Source: a virus
DNA length: 44,269 bases
IMG/VR virus record: IMGVR_UViG_3300029305_001256
Reading direction: 5' to 3' (one strand)
Of the stretch, positions 31,592 to 41,829 are shown piece after piece. The position numbers and the translations under genes were made by a program. Within the stretch, counting starts at the first letter, position 1. Every line of letters starts with the position of its first letter. The notes beneath the pieces were generated by a model that saw only the letters and a list, made by a program, of their open reading frames with translations, was not told the origin of the DNA and ran no database searches.

Positions 31592-33988
31592 ATGCTAAAT
31601 GATAGAAAAATAACCATATCAGCCGGAGCAAGCCGCCGTGCCACCCTTTGGACCGCACAAACGCTGCTTATATCGGAGTTATGGGAAAAGCTAAAAGTGC
31701 CGGCAAGGGGCACGGAAACCCTTGCAGAATATATGAGCCTCAAAAAGGCTCAACAGGATGAGCTCAAGGATATTGGCGGCTTTATGGGCGGTACCCTTAA
31801 CGGCCCACGCCGTAAAGCAAACAATGTTACCGGGCGTGATATTATCACCCTCGACCTTGACAACATCCCCGCAGGTGGCACGGATGATGTGCTGCGGCGT
31901 GTTGAGGCTCTGGGTTGTGGGTACTGCGTATATAGCACCCGTAAGCACCAGCCGGCGGCACCCCGCCTCCGTATTCTGCTGCCTATGGATAGGACCGTAA
32001 CCGCCGATGAGTATGAGCCTATTGCACGCAAAATGGGTGAGTACATCGGCCTGGAGTTTGCGGATCCCACTACCTTTGAGGTAAGCCGCCTTATGTATTG
32101 GCCCAGCTGCTGTGCTGACAGCCAATATATTTACCTCACCGCAGATAAGCCCCTGCTTTCAGCGGATGGCTTGCTTGATACATACGCCGATTGGCACGAT
32201 ATGACCACCTGGCCCGCTTTGCCGGGGCAGCAGGCGTTTACCAAGCTGGCGGTAAAACAAGGCGATCCGGAGGGCAAAAACGGCGTTGTGGGTGCTTTCT
32301 GCCGTACCTATGACATTTACCGTGCTATGGAGGAATTGATCCCCGGCATATATGAGCCCGTTGACACAATGCCCGGCAGATACACATACATTGGAGGCTC
32401 CACCACCGGCGGTGCTGTGCTGTACGATAATGGCAAATTTTTATACAGCCACCACGCAACGGATCCCTGCTCCGGCAGGCTCGTAAATGCCTTTGACCTG
32501 GTACGCCTCCATAAGTTTGCGGATGCAGACGATGAGGCACAGGCTGGCACACCCGCCAACCGCTTGCCCTCTTACGCTGCTATGTGTGAGTTTGCCACCG
32601 GCCTTGCCGATGTTGCAGGCCTTATGGCACAGGAGCGTTACGCAAACGCTGCAAAAGACTTTGAGGGCATCGGCCCCGATAATGCCGATGATCCCGCCAA
32701 CTGGATGGCCTTGCTTGAAACAAGTGCCCAGACCGGTGCAGTAAAAGGCACCATAAACAATGTGCTTATTATCCTGGAGCACGATCCGATGCTCAAAGGT
32801 AAGTTTGCCCTCAACCAATTTGCCAACCGTGGTGAGGTGCTGGGGGCTCTGCCGTGGGATCAGCGTACCAAACGCCGCCTGTGGGATGATAACGATAACC
32901 AAGGCCTTTATTGGTACATTGAAAAGGTGTATAAGATCACCGGCAACGGCAAAATTGATGGTGCACTTTCCCTCCATTCCAACCGTTTTGCTTTTAATGA
33001 GGTGCAGGACTACCTGGGAGGCCTCAAAGGCAAATGGGATGGCGTGCCCCGCCTCGATACTCTTTTCATTGACTACCTCGGCGCCAAAGATACAGCATAC
33101 AACCGTGCTGTTACCCGTAAGGCCTTTGTGGCAGCTGTTGCCCGTGCCATTACGCCCGGCTGCAAGTATGACAATATGGTGATTTTGACCGGCCCCCAGG
33201 GCCTTGGTAAAAGTACCCTTTTGGATAAAATGAGCCGTGGCTGGTTTAATGACAGCATCCGCACCTTTGAGGGTAAAGAGGCCAGCGAATTGCTCCAGGG
33301 CGTTTGGCTGGTGGAGGTTGCGGAGCTTGATGCTTTCCGTAAAACCGACATTGCCCGCATAAAGCAGTTTTTGTCTTTGAAAACAGACCGCTACCGCCCC
33401 GCTTATGGCCGAAATGTTAAGGAGCTCCCACGCTGCTGTGTATTCTTTGGCACCTGCAATGAAACAGAGTTTTTGCAGGATCCCACCGGCAACCGCCGTT
33501 TTTGGCCCGTTGACACCGGGGAGCAAAGAGGCACCAAAAGCGTATTTAAGGATCTTGATGATGAGGTGGATCAACTGTGGGCTGAGGCAGTAATGCGGTG
33601 GCAGCTCGGTGAGCCGTTGTACTTAACCGGTGCCATTGAGGAGGATGCAAAGGCCAAGCAGGAGGAACACCGTGAGGCATCCAGCCGTGAGGGCATCGTG
33701 CGTGAGTTTATGGATCGACAGGTGCCCGATGATTGGAGCAAATGGCCTCTTGATAAGCGGCGTATGTTCTGGGCAGGCGGTGTGCAGGGCAACATCACCC
33801 TGGTGCCCCGTGATCGTGTATGTGCCCTTGAGATATGGTGCGAGGCTTTCGGCGGCTCCATTAAGGAAATGAAAAACACCGATACCAGGGAGCTTAATGC
33901 AATTATTGCCGCAACGCCGGGCTGGAAAAAAGCAGATAAGCCCAAGTATATGGGGCCCTATGGGGCACAGCGTGGGTTTGTACGCTGA
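31592..33988 (+). CDS. Primase-polymerase / VirE-type P-loop helicase fusion (replication initiator)
   Basis: A 798-aa ORF. The N-terminal region resembles prim-pol. The Walker A motif is LTGPQGLGKST and the Walker B-like motif is VWLVEVAELD. Confidence 0.8.
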   Translation: MLNDRKITISAGASRRATLWTAQTLLISELWEKLKVPARGTETLAEYMSLKKAQQDELKDIGGFMGGTLNGPRRKANNVTGRDIITLDLDNIPAGGTDDVLRRVEALGCGYCVYSTRKHQPAAPRLRILLPMDRTVTADEYEPIARKMGEYIGLEFADPTTFEVSRLMYWPSCCADSQYIYLTADKPLLSADGLLDTYADWHDMTTWPALPGQQAFTKLAVKQGDPEGKNGVVGAFCRTYDIYRAMEELIPGIYEPVDTMPGRYTYIGGSTTGGAVLYDNGKFLYSHHATDPCSGRLVNAFDLVRLHKFADADDEAQAGTPANRLPSYAAMCEFATGLADVAGLMAQERYANAAKDFEGIGPDNADDPANWMALLETSAQTGAVKGTINNVLIILEHDPMLKGKFALNQFANRGEVLGALPWDQRTKRRLWDDNDNQGLYWYIEKVYKITGNGKIDGALSLHSNRFAFNEVQDYLGGLKGKWDGVPRLDTLFIDYLGAKDTAYNRAVTRKAFVAAVARAITPGCKYDNMVILTGPQGLGKSTLLDKMSRGWFNDSIRTFEGKEASELLQGVWLVEVAELDAFRKTDIARIKQFLSLKTDRYRPAYGRNVKELPRCCVFFGTCNETEFLQDPTGNRRFWPVDTGEQRGTKSVFKDLDDEVDQLWAEAVMRWQLGEPLYLTGAIEEDAKAKQEEHREASSREGIVREFMDRQVPDDWSKWPLDKRRMFWAGGVQGNITLVPRDRVCALEIWCEAFGGSIKEMKNTDTRELNAIIAATPGWKKADKPKYMGPYGAQRGFVR

Positions 33989-34001
33989 TATGTTACAAAC
34001 A

Positions 34002-34168
34002 ATATTACAAATGCGGCTTACATTTATAAAACCGTGTAGAAATGTAAGAAAATCAAAATATTACATTTTTACACGGAAAACCGCCTTTTTGTAATATTGT
34101 AATGTACTTTGTAATATCGCAAAACCGCATAAAATAAGGCTTTTTATTGATTTTCTTACAATATTACA
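34002..34168. repeat. Iteron-like cluster of the octamer ATATTACA (candidate replication origin or regulator array)
   Basis: Forward copies are at 34002, 34058 and 34161. Inverted copies (TGTAATAT) are at 34090 and 34110, with a 7/8 copy at 34098. The region is AT-rich and lies directly after the primase-helicase gene. Confidence 0.5.
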
Positions 34169-34261
34169 TTTTTTTCTATTAACTATTAAAAATAGAGAGT
34201 TTGAAAGAAATAAAACCGCCTAACCCGCCTAAATGCGGGGGTATATGCGTGCGTGTGAGAA
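34143..34261 (+). repeat. Dispersed ~115-bp non-coding repeat, copy B (partner 18283..18398)
   Basis: See copy A. This copy ends 25 nt before the start of CDS 34286. Confidence 0.65.
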
Positions 34262-34285
34262 AAACGGAAAAGGAGGCAATTTGCA

Positions 34286-34576
34286 ATGCTTGAGAGCGAT
34301 GTTGAAAAACACCTCTGCAAGAGGGTTAAAAATGAGTTACACGGCTGGGCTCTTAAATTTGTAAGCCCCGGACAAAACGGCGTACCAGATCGCATCGTGT
34401 TAGTGCCAATGGGGCGCATCTACTTTGTGGAAACAAAGGCCCCTGGTAAGAAACTGCGAAAATTACAAGAGTGGGTGTGCGGGCTTATTAAGGGTTTAGG
34501 CTTTGCCGTTTTAAGGTTGGACACCAAGGAAAAGGTGGATGCCTTTGTAAGGGAGGTAATGAGCAATGGAATATAA
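34286..34576 (+). CDS. VRR-NUC domain nuclease
   Basis: A 96-aa ORF with the core GVPDRIVLVPMGRIYFVETKAPGKKL (D...E.K pattern). Confidence 0.75.
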   Translation: MLESDVEKHLCKRVKNELHGWALKFVSPGQNGVPDRIVLVPMGRIYFVETKAPGKKLRKLQEWVCGLIKGLGFAVLRLDTKEKVDAFVREVMSNGI

Positions 34577-35948
34577 ACCGCATAATTACCAAGCCTATTG
34601 CATCCAGCGTATTGTTGAGGATCCGGCGGTTGGGTTGTTTTTACGGCCCGGCCTCGGCAAAACCTCAATAACACTTTCAGCCATAAACATATTGCGGTAC
34701 TACCGCTGGAGCGTGCGTAAGGCTTTGGTTGTAGCACCCAAAAAGGTGGCAGAGGGTACCTGGAGCAAAGAGGCAAGCAAGTGGGATCACCTGCAACACC
34801 TCCGTGTGGTAACGGTCCTGGGGAGTGCTACCAAACGCATTAAGGCACTCAACACCCCTGCGGATGTGTATGTTATAAACCGTGAAAATATCCCCTGGCT
34901 GGTTGACTATTACAAACAGGCGTGGCCGTTTGATATGGTGGTGCTTGATGAAAGCACGAGCTTTAAGAGCAGCAAAAGCAAACGCTTTAAGGCCTTAAAG
35001 CTGGTACGCCGCTTTATGCGTAAGGTTGTGCTGCTTACCGGCACACCATCCTCCAAAGGTATTGAGGACCTTTGGGCACAGATCTATTTGCTGGATGAGG
35101 GTGCAAGGCTGGGCAAGACCATTACACAGTACCGCCAAATGTATTTTGATTGCAATACACACGGCGGGCATTTCACAGAATATAAGGCAAAAGACGGAGC
35201 CGAGGCTGCCGTGCTTAATGCAATAAGTGATATTTGCATCAGTATGAAAGCCGAGGACTACCTGGAGCTGCCTGCGTGCATTGACCACGAGATCCCTGTT
35301 GTGCTTGATGATAAAGCCCTTAAAGCCTACAACCAATTTGAGCGTGATCTGTTGCTTGAGGTAAATGAGGATGTTATCACGGCCAACACCGCCGGTGTAC
35401 TTACCGGCAAACTGTTACAGTTTTGTGCCGGTGCCATTTATGACAATGACCACAACACCGTGCACCTCCACGATTGCAAACTTGATGCGTATATGGAATT
35501 GCTGGAGCAGCTTAACGGTGAGCATTGTATCACCTTTTATGGCTTTCAACACGATAAGGAGCGCATCCTTGAGGCTTTGGCCAAAACCAAGCTGCGGGTG
35601 CGTGTATATAAAGACACCAACGATGAGGATGATTGGAACGCCGGCAACATTGATGTGTTACTGGTGCATCCCGCCAGCTGTGCCTATGGCCTTAACCTGC
35701 AAGCAGGTGGCCGGCATATAATCTGGTTTACACCAAATTGGAGCTTTGAGCTTAATGACCAGGGCAAGTGCCGTTTGTGGCGGCAGGGCTCCACCTATGA
35801 CAAGGTTTTTGTGCATTACCTTGTTGTACAGGGTTGCGTTGATGAGGATGTGCTTGCAGCGGTGCAGGACCGTGAGAGCACCCACGAAAATGTGATGAAT
35901 GTACTAAAAGCACGAATAAAGAAAGTAAGAGAGGAGGCAGCAATATGA
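34566..35948 (+). CDS. SNF2-family helicase
   Basis: The motifs include LRPGLGKT (Walker A), VVLDEST (DExx), LLTGTP, and the C-terminal helicase motifs VLLVHPASCAYGLNLQ. Confidence 0.85.
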   Translation: MEYKPHNYQAYCIQRIVEDPAVGLFLRPGLGKTSITLSAINILRYYRWSVRKALVVAPKKVAEGTWSKEASKWDHLQHLRVVTVLGSATKRIKALNTPADVYVINRENIPWLVDYYKQAWPFDMVVLDESTSFKSSKSKRFKALKLVRRFMRKVVLLTGTPSSKGIEDLWAQIYLLDEGARLGKTITQYRQMYFDCNTHGGHFTEYKAKDGAEAAVLNAISDICISMKAEDYLELPACIDHEIPVVLDDKALKAYNQFERDLLLEVNEDVITANTAGVLTGKLLQFCAGAIYDNDHNTVHLHDCKLDAYMELLEQLNGEHCITFYGFQHDKERILEALAKTKLRVRVYKDTNDEDDWNAGNIDVLLVHPASCAYGLNLQAGGRHIIWFTPNWSFELNDQGKCRLWRQGSTYDKVFVHYLVVQGCVDEDVLAAVQDRESTHENVMNVLKARIKKVREEAAI

Positions 35949-36433
35949 CAGTAAAGGAGCTTTCACAGTTATACTACCTTAACCGTGAGATCGAAATGGA
36001 CCAGGTGCGACTTGACAACCTGGATGTGGAAATTAAGGAGGATGAGGAGCAACTGGCTGAGCTTGAGCGTATTGCATCAAGCCCCTCCTCACCCAATTAT
36101 GACGGTATGCCGAAAAGCCCAAGCTACGGCAACAAAATTGAAAATGCTGTTGCAAGGATCTGGGATCTTGAGGCAAGCATCAAACGCAAAAAGGCTTTAC
36201 GGTCCGATATTGCAATGACCATACAGGCAAAGCAAATTTTGTGCCTTACCGAGCGTAACAAGCTGGAGCGTTATATTGCCGAGCTGCCAACATCGTTGTT
36301 GCGTATGATCTTTACATATCGCTTTATAAACGGTTTGACCTGGGAGCAAGTATCGGCAAGTATCGGATGGCGTACAACAGCTGACAGCGTAAGGCAAATG
36401 TGTTACCGTTACCTCCGGGATGAAAAAGTATAA
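35945..36433 (+). CDS. Late-gene transcriptional regulator (sigma region-4-like / RinA-ArpU-type)
   Basis: A 162-aa ORF immediately upstream of the packaging genes. The C-terminal HTH-like sequence is FINGLTWEQVSASIGWRTTADSVRQMCYRYL. Confidence 0.55.
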   Translation: MTVKELSQLYYLNREIEMDQVRLDNLDVEIKEDEEQLAELERIASSPSSPNYDGMPKSPSYGNKIENAVARIWDLEASIKRKKALRSDIAMTIQAKQILCLTERNKLERYIAELPTSLLRMIFTYRFINGLTWEQVSASIGWRTTADSVRQMCYRYLRDEKV

Positions 36434-36460
36434 AAACTGTGTTTCAAATGTTCTTGTATT

Positions 36461-36489
36461 TTGCAAAACGGAGGTGTAAAATATATAAT
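36461..36489 (+). promoter_or_regulatory. Promoter upstream of the packaging/head operon: TTGCAA, 17-nt spacer, TATAAT
   Basis: The -35 is at 36461..36466 and the -10 at 36484..36489. Confidence 0.6.
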
Positions 36490-36530
36490 GCGGGTATTGA
36501 CCGATAAGGCAATGCCTCCTTGGTGAACAG

Positions 36531-36580
36531 CGGCAGAGGGGTTTTTCTCCGATCCCTCTGCTGTCTGTTCTTTTATTTTG
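36531..36580 (+). terminator. Intrinsic-terminator-like hairpin and T-rich tract in the leader of the packaging operon
   Basis: GCAGAGGG (36533..36540) pairs with CCCTCTGC (36554..36561), extendable by G-U and C-G pairs. It is followed by TGTCTGTTCTTTTATTTTGTT. Confidence 0.5.
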
Positions 36581-36601
36581 TTACAAAAGGAGCGTGAGCG
36601 T

Positions 36602-37090
36602 ATGGCAAAGGGCAAATATGCAGAGTGGCTTGAGCCAGAGGGCTTGCTGCTACTTGAGGCCTGGGCAAGGGATGGCTTGACGGATGAGCAAATTGCAAAA
36701 AATATGAAAATAAATGTTGCAACGCTGTACCGATATAAGCAAAACTATTGCGAGATTTGCGAGGCCCTAAAAAAGGGCAAGGATGTTGTGGATATTGAGG
36801 TTGAAAACTCCCTGCTTAAAAGAGCAAAGGGCTGTACCGTTGTTGAGGAAACCCAGGAGCTTATGATAAACCCCGATACCGGAAAGCGTGAACTCGTAAC
36901 CACCAAAAAGGTTATAAAAGAGATCCCACCGGACACCACCGCCCAAATATTCTGGCTTAAAAACCGCCGCCCCGATCTGTGGCGTGATAAGCAAAGTATG
37001 GAGCTATCTGGGGAGGTTAAAAACAACCCCTTTGCCGGTTTAACTACCGAGCAGCTTATTAAATTGGCTGATGCCGGTGATGATGATTGA
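36602..37090 (+). CDS. terS: Terminase small subunit
   Basis: The RBS is AAAGGAG. The N-terminus MAKGKYAEWLEPEGLLLLEAWARDGLTDEQIAKNMKINVATLYRYK contains an HTH. The gene lies directly upstream of terL. Confidence 0.8.
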   Translation: MAKGKYAEWLEPEGLLLLEAWARDGLTDEQIAKNMKINVATLYRYKQNYCEICEALKKGKDVVDIEVENSLLKRAKGCTVVEETQELMINPDTGKRELVTTKKVIKEIPPDTTAQIFWLKNRRPDLWRDKQSMELSGEVKNNPFAGLTTEQLIKLADAGDDD

Positions 37091-38487
37091 GCACAGCAAC
37101 CGTTAAGCTGGGCGCCAAAATAGAGCTTGCAAGGCGTGATTTTTGGCGATACTGTAACCTTAAAGCTCCAAAATTTTATAAAAAAGATCGGCAATTTTTG
37201 ATTGATTTTTGCCACGATTTGCAGGACTTTTACCAAAGCGATGATGAGGTGCTTATTGTAAATATGCCGCCTCGACACGGCAAGAGCCGTACAGCCCAAT
37301 GCTTTGTTGAGTGGATCCTGGGGCAAAACCAAACCGAAAAGATAATGACCGGCTCCTATAATGAAACGCTTTCCACCAGCTTTGCCAAAGGTGTGCGTAA
37401 CACCATTGCTGAGGAAAAGGCAGACGAAATGCGGGCCGTGTATTCCGATGTATTCCCAGGCGTGAGCATCAAGCAGGGTGATGGTGCAATGAACTTGTGG
37501 AGCCTTGAGGGCGGTTATAACAACTACCTTGCAACCTCTCCCACGGGTACCGCCACCGGTTTTGGTGCCACAATTCTTATTATTGACGATTTGATAAAAT
37601 CGGCACTTGAGGCTAACAACGCCGATACCCTTGAGAAACATTGGGAATGGTTTACAAATACAATGCTTTCCAGACTTGAGGAGGGCGGCAAGATCATAAT
37701 CATAATGACACGCTGGCACAGCTTAGACCTTGCCGGGCGTGCGTTAGATTTTTATACAGAGGCGGGCGCCAAGGTGCGGCACATATCGTATAAGGCCCTG
37801 CAAGAGGATGGCACAATGCTGTGCCCAGAAATATTATCCCTACGCTCCTATAAATCAAAAATAAGGGCTATGGGTGATGATATTGCATCCGCAAACTATC
37901 AGCAGGAGCCTATTGACATCAAAGGCCGTTTGTATAGCAGCTTTAAGACCTATGACAAACTGCCCACCGATGCAAGCGGGCACCTGCTTTTTACTGCTAT
38001 CAAAAATTATACCGATACAGCCGACACCGGCGATGATTACCTTTGCAGTATAAATTATGGCATTTACAACCAAGAGGCGTATGTGCTTGATGTGCTTTAC
38101 ACCAAGGCACCTATGGAGGTAACGGAGCCGCAAACCGCAAAAATGCTTAAAAAGGATAATGCGGGCTGGGCTGACATTGAAAGTAATAACGGCGGCAGGG
38201 GCTTTGCACGGTCCGTAACAAGGCACTTGGCTGCCCTGGGATCCAACCGCTGCCATATTGAGAGCTTTTACCAAAGCAAAAACAAGCAGGCCCGCATACT
38301 TTCAAATGCCACCTGGGTTATGGATCATATTTATTTCCCGGTGAATTGGAAAGACCGATGGCCGGAATATTACGAGGCAATGAGCCGATACCAGCGTGAG
38401 GGCAAAAATGCACACGATGATGCACCCGATGCCACCACAGGTATTGCCGAGCGTATAACCTACGGCTCACATTTCAGTTTTGAGTAA
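37087..38487 (+). CDS. terL: Terminase large subunit
   Basis: Walker A is MPPRHGKS and Walker B is ILIIDD, followed by a C-terminal nuclease region. The product is 466 aa. Confidence 0.9.
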   Translation: MSTATVKLGAKIELARRDFWRYCNLKAPKFYKKDRQFLIDFCHDLQDFYQSDDEVLIVNMPPRHGKSRTAQCFVEWILGQNQTEKIMTGSYNETLSTSFAKGVRNTIAEEKADEMRAVYSDVFPGVSIKQGDGAMNLWSLEGGYNNYLATSPTGTATGFGATILIIDDLIKSALEANNADTLEKHWEWFTNTMLSRLEEGGKIIIIMTRWHSLDLAGRALDFYTEAGAKVRHISYKALQEDGTMLCPEILSLRSYKSKIRAMGDDIASANYQQEPIDIKGRLYSSFKTYDKLPTDASGHLLFTAIKNYTDTADTGDDYLCSINYGIYNQEAYVLDVLYTKAPMEVTEPQTAKMLKKDNAGWADIESNNGGRGFARSVTRHLAALGSNRCHIESFYQSKNKQARILSNATWVMDHIYFPVNWKDRWPEYYEAMSRYQREGKNAHDDAPDATTGIAERITYGSHFSFE

Positions 38488-38501
38488 AGGAGGCGGCAGC
38501 C

Positions 38502-40046
38502 GTGAAAACATTAAACCTGCATACAAAGGCACCCACGGTGCTTATGGCCAGGATGGCAATGCAGATAAAGCCGGGAATGACCGACAAAGAATTTTTGGAG
38601 CACGAGATCAAGGCGTGGCTTGCATCCCCGGAACGCAAAAAGCAAATTGAGGGTGATGCCTATTATGAGGGCAAGCAGGATATTTTGCTGCGTAAGCGTA
38701 CTGTTATTGGCGAAAAGGGCGAGCTTAAAGAGGTTGAAAACCTGCCCAATAATCGTGTGGTTGATAACCAGTATGCCAAGATGGTTGACCAAAAGGCAAA
38801 TTACCTTTGTGGCCAGCCTGTTACCTTTGATACAAAAAATAAGGCCTTTGGTGAGGCACTTACCAAGGTGTTTAACAAAAAGGTTATGCGTGTGATCCGC
38901 ATCGTTGCCGAAAGAGCCTTGACCGGCGGCAAGGTGTGGGTGTTCCCGTACTACAATGAAAACGAGCTTGCTTTTGCAATGTTCCCCGCCCAGGATGTTT
39001 TGCCCCTTTGGGCTGACACCGAGCACACCGTGCTTGATTGTGCGGTGCACCTTTTCCCCGTTTATATCTACAATGAAAACAACGAGGAGGAGGTTGTGCT
39101 CAAGGTTGAAATTATCCACGGTGGCGGCATTGATCGTTATATCTGGGAGGATGATACCCTGGTGGTGGATAATGATGCCACCTCCGGCCCTTACCTCACC
39201 ATCCTTGACGAAAAGGGCAAGCCCACCGCATACAACTGGGAGCGCATCCCGCTTATTTGCTTTAAGTACAACCACCGTGAGCAGCCCCTGCTTTGCCGTG
39301 TAAAGTGCTTGCAGGATGCCCTTAACCTTATGCTTTCCAATTTCCTCAACGGTATGGAGGAGGATGTGCGTAATACGGTCCTCGTGCTCCACAATTACGA
39401 TGGTGAGGATCTGGGTGAGTTTAGGCGTAACCTGGCCACCTATGGCGCCGTTAAGGTACGCAGCTTTGAGGGCTCCAATGGTGCGGTTGACACTTTGGAA
39501 ATAAGCGTAAATGCCGAAAACTACAAAACCGTGCTGGAGCTGCTTAAAAAGGCCATAATCGAAAACGCCAGAGGCTACGATGCCAAGGATGAGCGTATGG
39601 GTGGCACACCTAACCAAATGAACATACTCTCAATGTATTCCGATATTGACCTTGATGCAAACGGTATGGAAACCGAATTTCAAGCCGCTTTTGAGGATCT
39701 GCTTTGGTTTGTGCGTGTGCACCTTGCCAATACCGGCGTGGGTGATTTCACCAACGAGGATGTAACGGTTATTTTTAACCGTGATATACTCGTAAACGAA
39801 AGTGAGGCCATTGAAAACTGCGGAAAATCGGCAGGCATCATAAGCAATGAAACGCTTGTAAAACAGCATCCTTGGGTTGACGATCCGGAGGAGGAGCTGG
39901 AACGCATTGCAGCTGAAAAGCTCAAAGCGGTTGAGGAGGCTGACCAATACCGTGCAGCCTTTGCCGCCACCGCAGGCGGTAACAAGGGCAACGAGGAGCC
40001 CCCTGCCGGTGGTGGTACACCGGAGGGCGGTGTTGTAAATGAATAA
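38502..40046 (+). CDS. Portal protein
   Basis: A 514-aa ORF directly after terL, with an AAGGAGG RBS and a GTG start. Confidence 0.85.
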   Translation: MKTLNLHTKAPTVLMARMAMQIKPGMTDKEFLEHEIKAWLASPERKKQIEGDAYYEGKQDILLRKRTVIGEKGELKEVENLPNNRVVDNQYAKMVDQKANYLCGQPVTFDTKNKAFGEALTKVFNKKVMRVIRIVAERALTGGKVWVFPYYNENELAFAMFPAQDVLPLWADTEHTVLDCAVHLFPVYIYNENNEEEVVLKVEIIHGGGIDRYIWEDDTLVVDNDATSGPYLTILDEKGKPTAYNWERIPLICFKYNHREQPLLCRVKCLQDALNLMLSNFLNGMEEDVRNTVLVLHNYDGEDLGEFRRNLATYGAVKVRSFEGSNGAVDTLEISVNAENYKTVLELLKKAIIENARGYDAKDERMGGTPNQMNILSMYSDIDLDANGMETEFQAAFEDLLWFVRVHLANTGVGDFTNEDVTVIFNRDILVNESEAIENCGKSAGIISNETLVKQHPWVDDPEEELERIAAEKLKAVEEADQYRAAFAATAGGNKGNEEPPAGGGTPEGGVVNE

Positions 40047-41634
40047 TGCAGACTATTGGGCACGCCGTTTTAAGATAATGGAGGATGCCCTCAAAGATCA
40101 ATCATACGAATATGTGTTAAACCTTGAAAAACAGTTTGATGCGGCCATCCGTGAGATTGATACGCAAATGCGGGCTTGGTACCAGCGTTTTGCGGTAAAT
40201 AACAATATTACCCTTGCAGAGGCACAAAAGATGCTTACCACTGGTGAGCTTAAAGAGTTTTTGTGGACCGTGCAGGAGTACATCGAAAAGGGCCGGGAAA
40301 TGAGCCTCAGCGGTGCGTGGATCAAAGAGCTTGAGAACGCATCGGCCAGGGTACATATTTCCCGCTTAGATGCCCTTAAATTCCAACTAAGGCAACAGGC
40401 TGAGGCATTGGCACAGGCAAGAGTAAAAGCCACCACCGATGCCTCACGCCTTGCCTATACACAAAGCTACTATCACACCGCTTTTGAGGTACAGCGTGGG
40501 CTTGGCGTGGGATGGACTATGCAGGCTCTTAATGAGGATGCAATAAAAAAGGTGCTTTCCCGCCCCTGGACCGTTGACAACCAGACATTTACGGCACGCT
40601 GTTGGACCGATAAGGCAAAGCTGGTGGAAACCGTCAACCAAGAAATTACACAAATGATGGCACGAGGTGCCGCCCCGGATAAAGCCATTGAGGCCATTGC
40701 CAAGCGGTTTAATACCAGCAAGACCAATGCCGGGCGTGTGGTTATGACGGAAAGCGCCTATTTTTCAAGTGCGGCCCAAAAAGATTGCTTTAACGAGCTT
40801 GATGTTGAGCGTTACCGGGTAATTGGTACGCTTGACACCCACACCTGCGATATTTGCGGGGATCTTGATGGGCGTGTGTACAAAATGAGTGAGTATGTGG
40901 TGGGATCCACAGCCCCGCCTTTTCACCCTTGGTGCCGTTGCTGCACCGCCCCCTATTTTGAGGATATGGAGGGCATCGGTGAGAGGTACGCCCGTGATGC
41001 CGAAACCGGGCAGCGTTATAAGCTCCCCAAAGATACCACATACAAGCAATGGAAACAGATGCAGGATGCCGCACACGGCTCCGGCTTTGTTGACAAAAAG
41101 CGTAAAATGGGGTATAATACAAGCACCGACACAAAACAATTTGAGGCCTACAAGGCACGCCTGGGCGATGAGGCGCCCAAGAGCTTTGCTGATTTCCAAA
41201 AGCTCAAATACGATAACCCCACCGCATACAATGACCTTGCCGGGTATTATCGTTATAAGGGAAACAACCCGGACAGTAACAGAGGCCTTTACAACGCCAA
41301 CAACGCAGCTAAGGCAATGCGTGCCGCCGGTACGCTTAAAACCAAGGGCACCATTACGGTTGCCCCCAAAGGCCGCAGTATTGTTGACATTAACACACAC
41401 GCCGCAAAGCGTATGGCTGAGCGTGGCATAACGCAGGAAATGGCACAGCAGATTATTGACAATGCCGATTTTGCTATTAAGCAACGCCGAGGATCCCAAT
41501 ACGCTTATTATACCAAAGAGGGCTTTGCCGTGCTTGATAACAACGGCGTGCTCGGTACAACCGGCCCACTTGATGAGGGCGGTAAAACATTATACGATGA
41601 GGTGATGAAAAATGCCAAAGACAGTAAGCAATAA
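40039..41634 (+). CDS. MuF / SPP1 gp7-family head morphogenesis protein with a C-terminal toxin-like extension
   Basis: The MuF core reads ...RVVMTESAYFSSAAQ...THTCDICGDLDGRVY...PPFHPWCRCCTAPY. About 200 further aa end in INTHAAKRMAERGITQEMAQQII...YAYYTKEGFAVLDNNGVLGT, which resembles DUF4258/BrnT by eye. Confidence 0.8.
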   Translation: MNNADYWARRFKIMEDALKDQSYEYVLNLEKQFDAAIREIDTQMRAWYQRFAVNNNITLAEAQKMLTTGELKEFLWTVQEYIEKGREMSLSGAWIKELENASARVHISRLDALKFQLRQQAEALAQARVKATTDASRLAYTQSYYHTAFEVQRGLGVGWTMQALNEDAIKKVLSRPWTVDNQTFTARCWTDKAKLVETVNQEITQMMARGAAPDKAIEAIAKRFNTSKTNAGRVVMTESAYFSSAAQKDCFNELDVERYRVIGTLDTHTCDICGDLDGRVYKMSEYVVGSTAPPFHPWCRCCTAPYFEDMEGIGERYARDAETGQRYKLPKDTTYKQWKQMQDAAHGSGFVDKKRKMGYNTSTDTKQFEAYKARLGDEAPKSFADFQKLKYDNPTAYNDLAGYYRYKGNNPDSNRGLYNANNAAKAMRAAGTLKTKGTITVAPKGRSIVDINTHAAKRMAERGITQEMAQQIIDNADFAIKQRRGSQYAYYTKEGFAVLDNNGVLGTTGPLDEGGKTLYDEVMKNAKDSKQ

Positions 41635-41797
41635 GATATTTTGCCCCCTGCTTAACAAGGAAATTGAGGAGGGGTACTGCTGGGAGCTCTGCAACATCGC
41701 CACAAATGATGTTTTGCTTGAGGGCGATACCGTAACAGATTGGGATGCAGCCCAAAAGACCTGCGACAAATGCGGCAGGTTTAATGAGGAGGACTAA
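41612..41797 (+). CDS. Small Cys-rich protein, candidate immunity partner of the MuF extension
   Basis: A 61-aa ORF that overlaps the MuF 3' end by 23 nt and is followed by a terminator. It has five Cys, including CDKC. Confidence 0.5.
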   Translation: MPKTVSNKIFCPLLNKEIEEGYCWELCNIATNDVLLEGDTVTDWDAAQKTCDKCGRFNEED

Positions 41798-41829
41798 AAG
41801 CCCTCCCACAATTTCATAGGTTGATTAAA

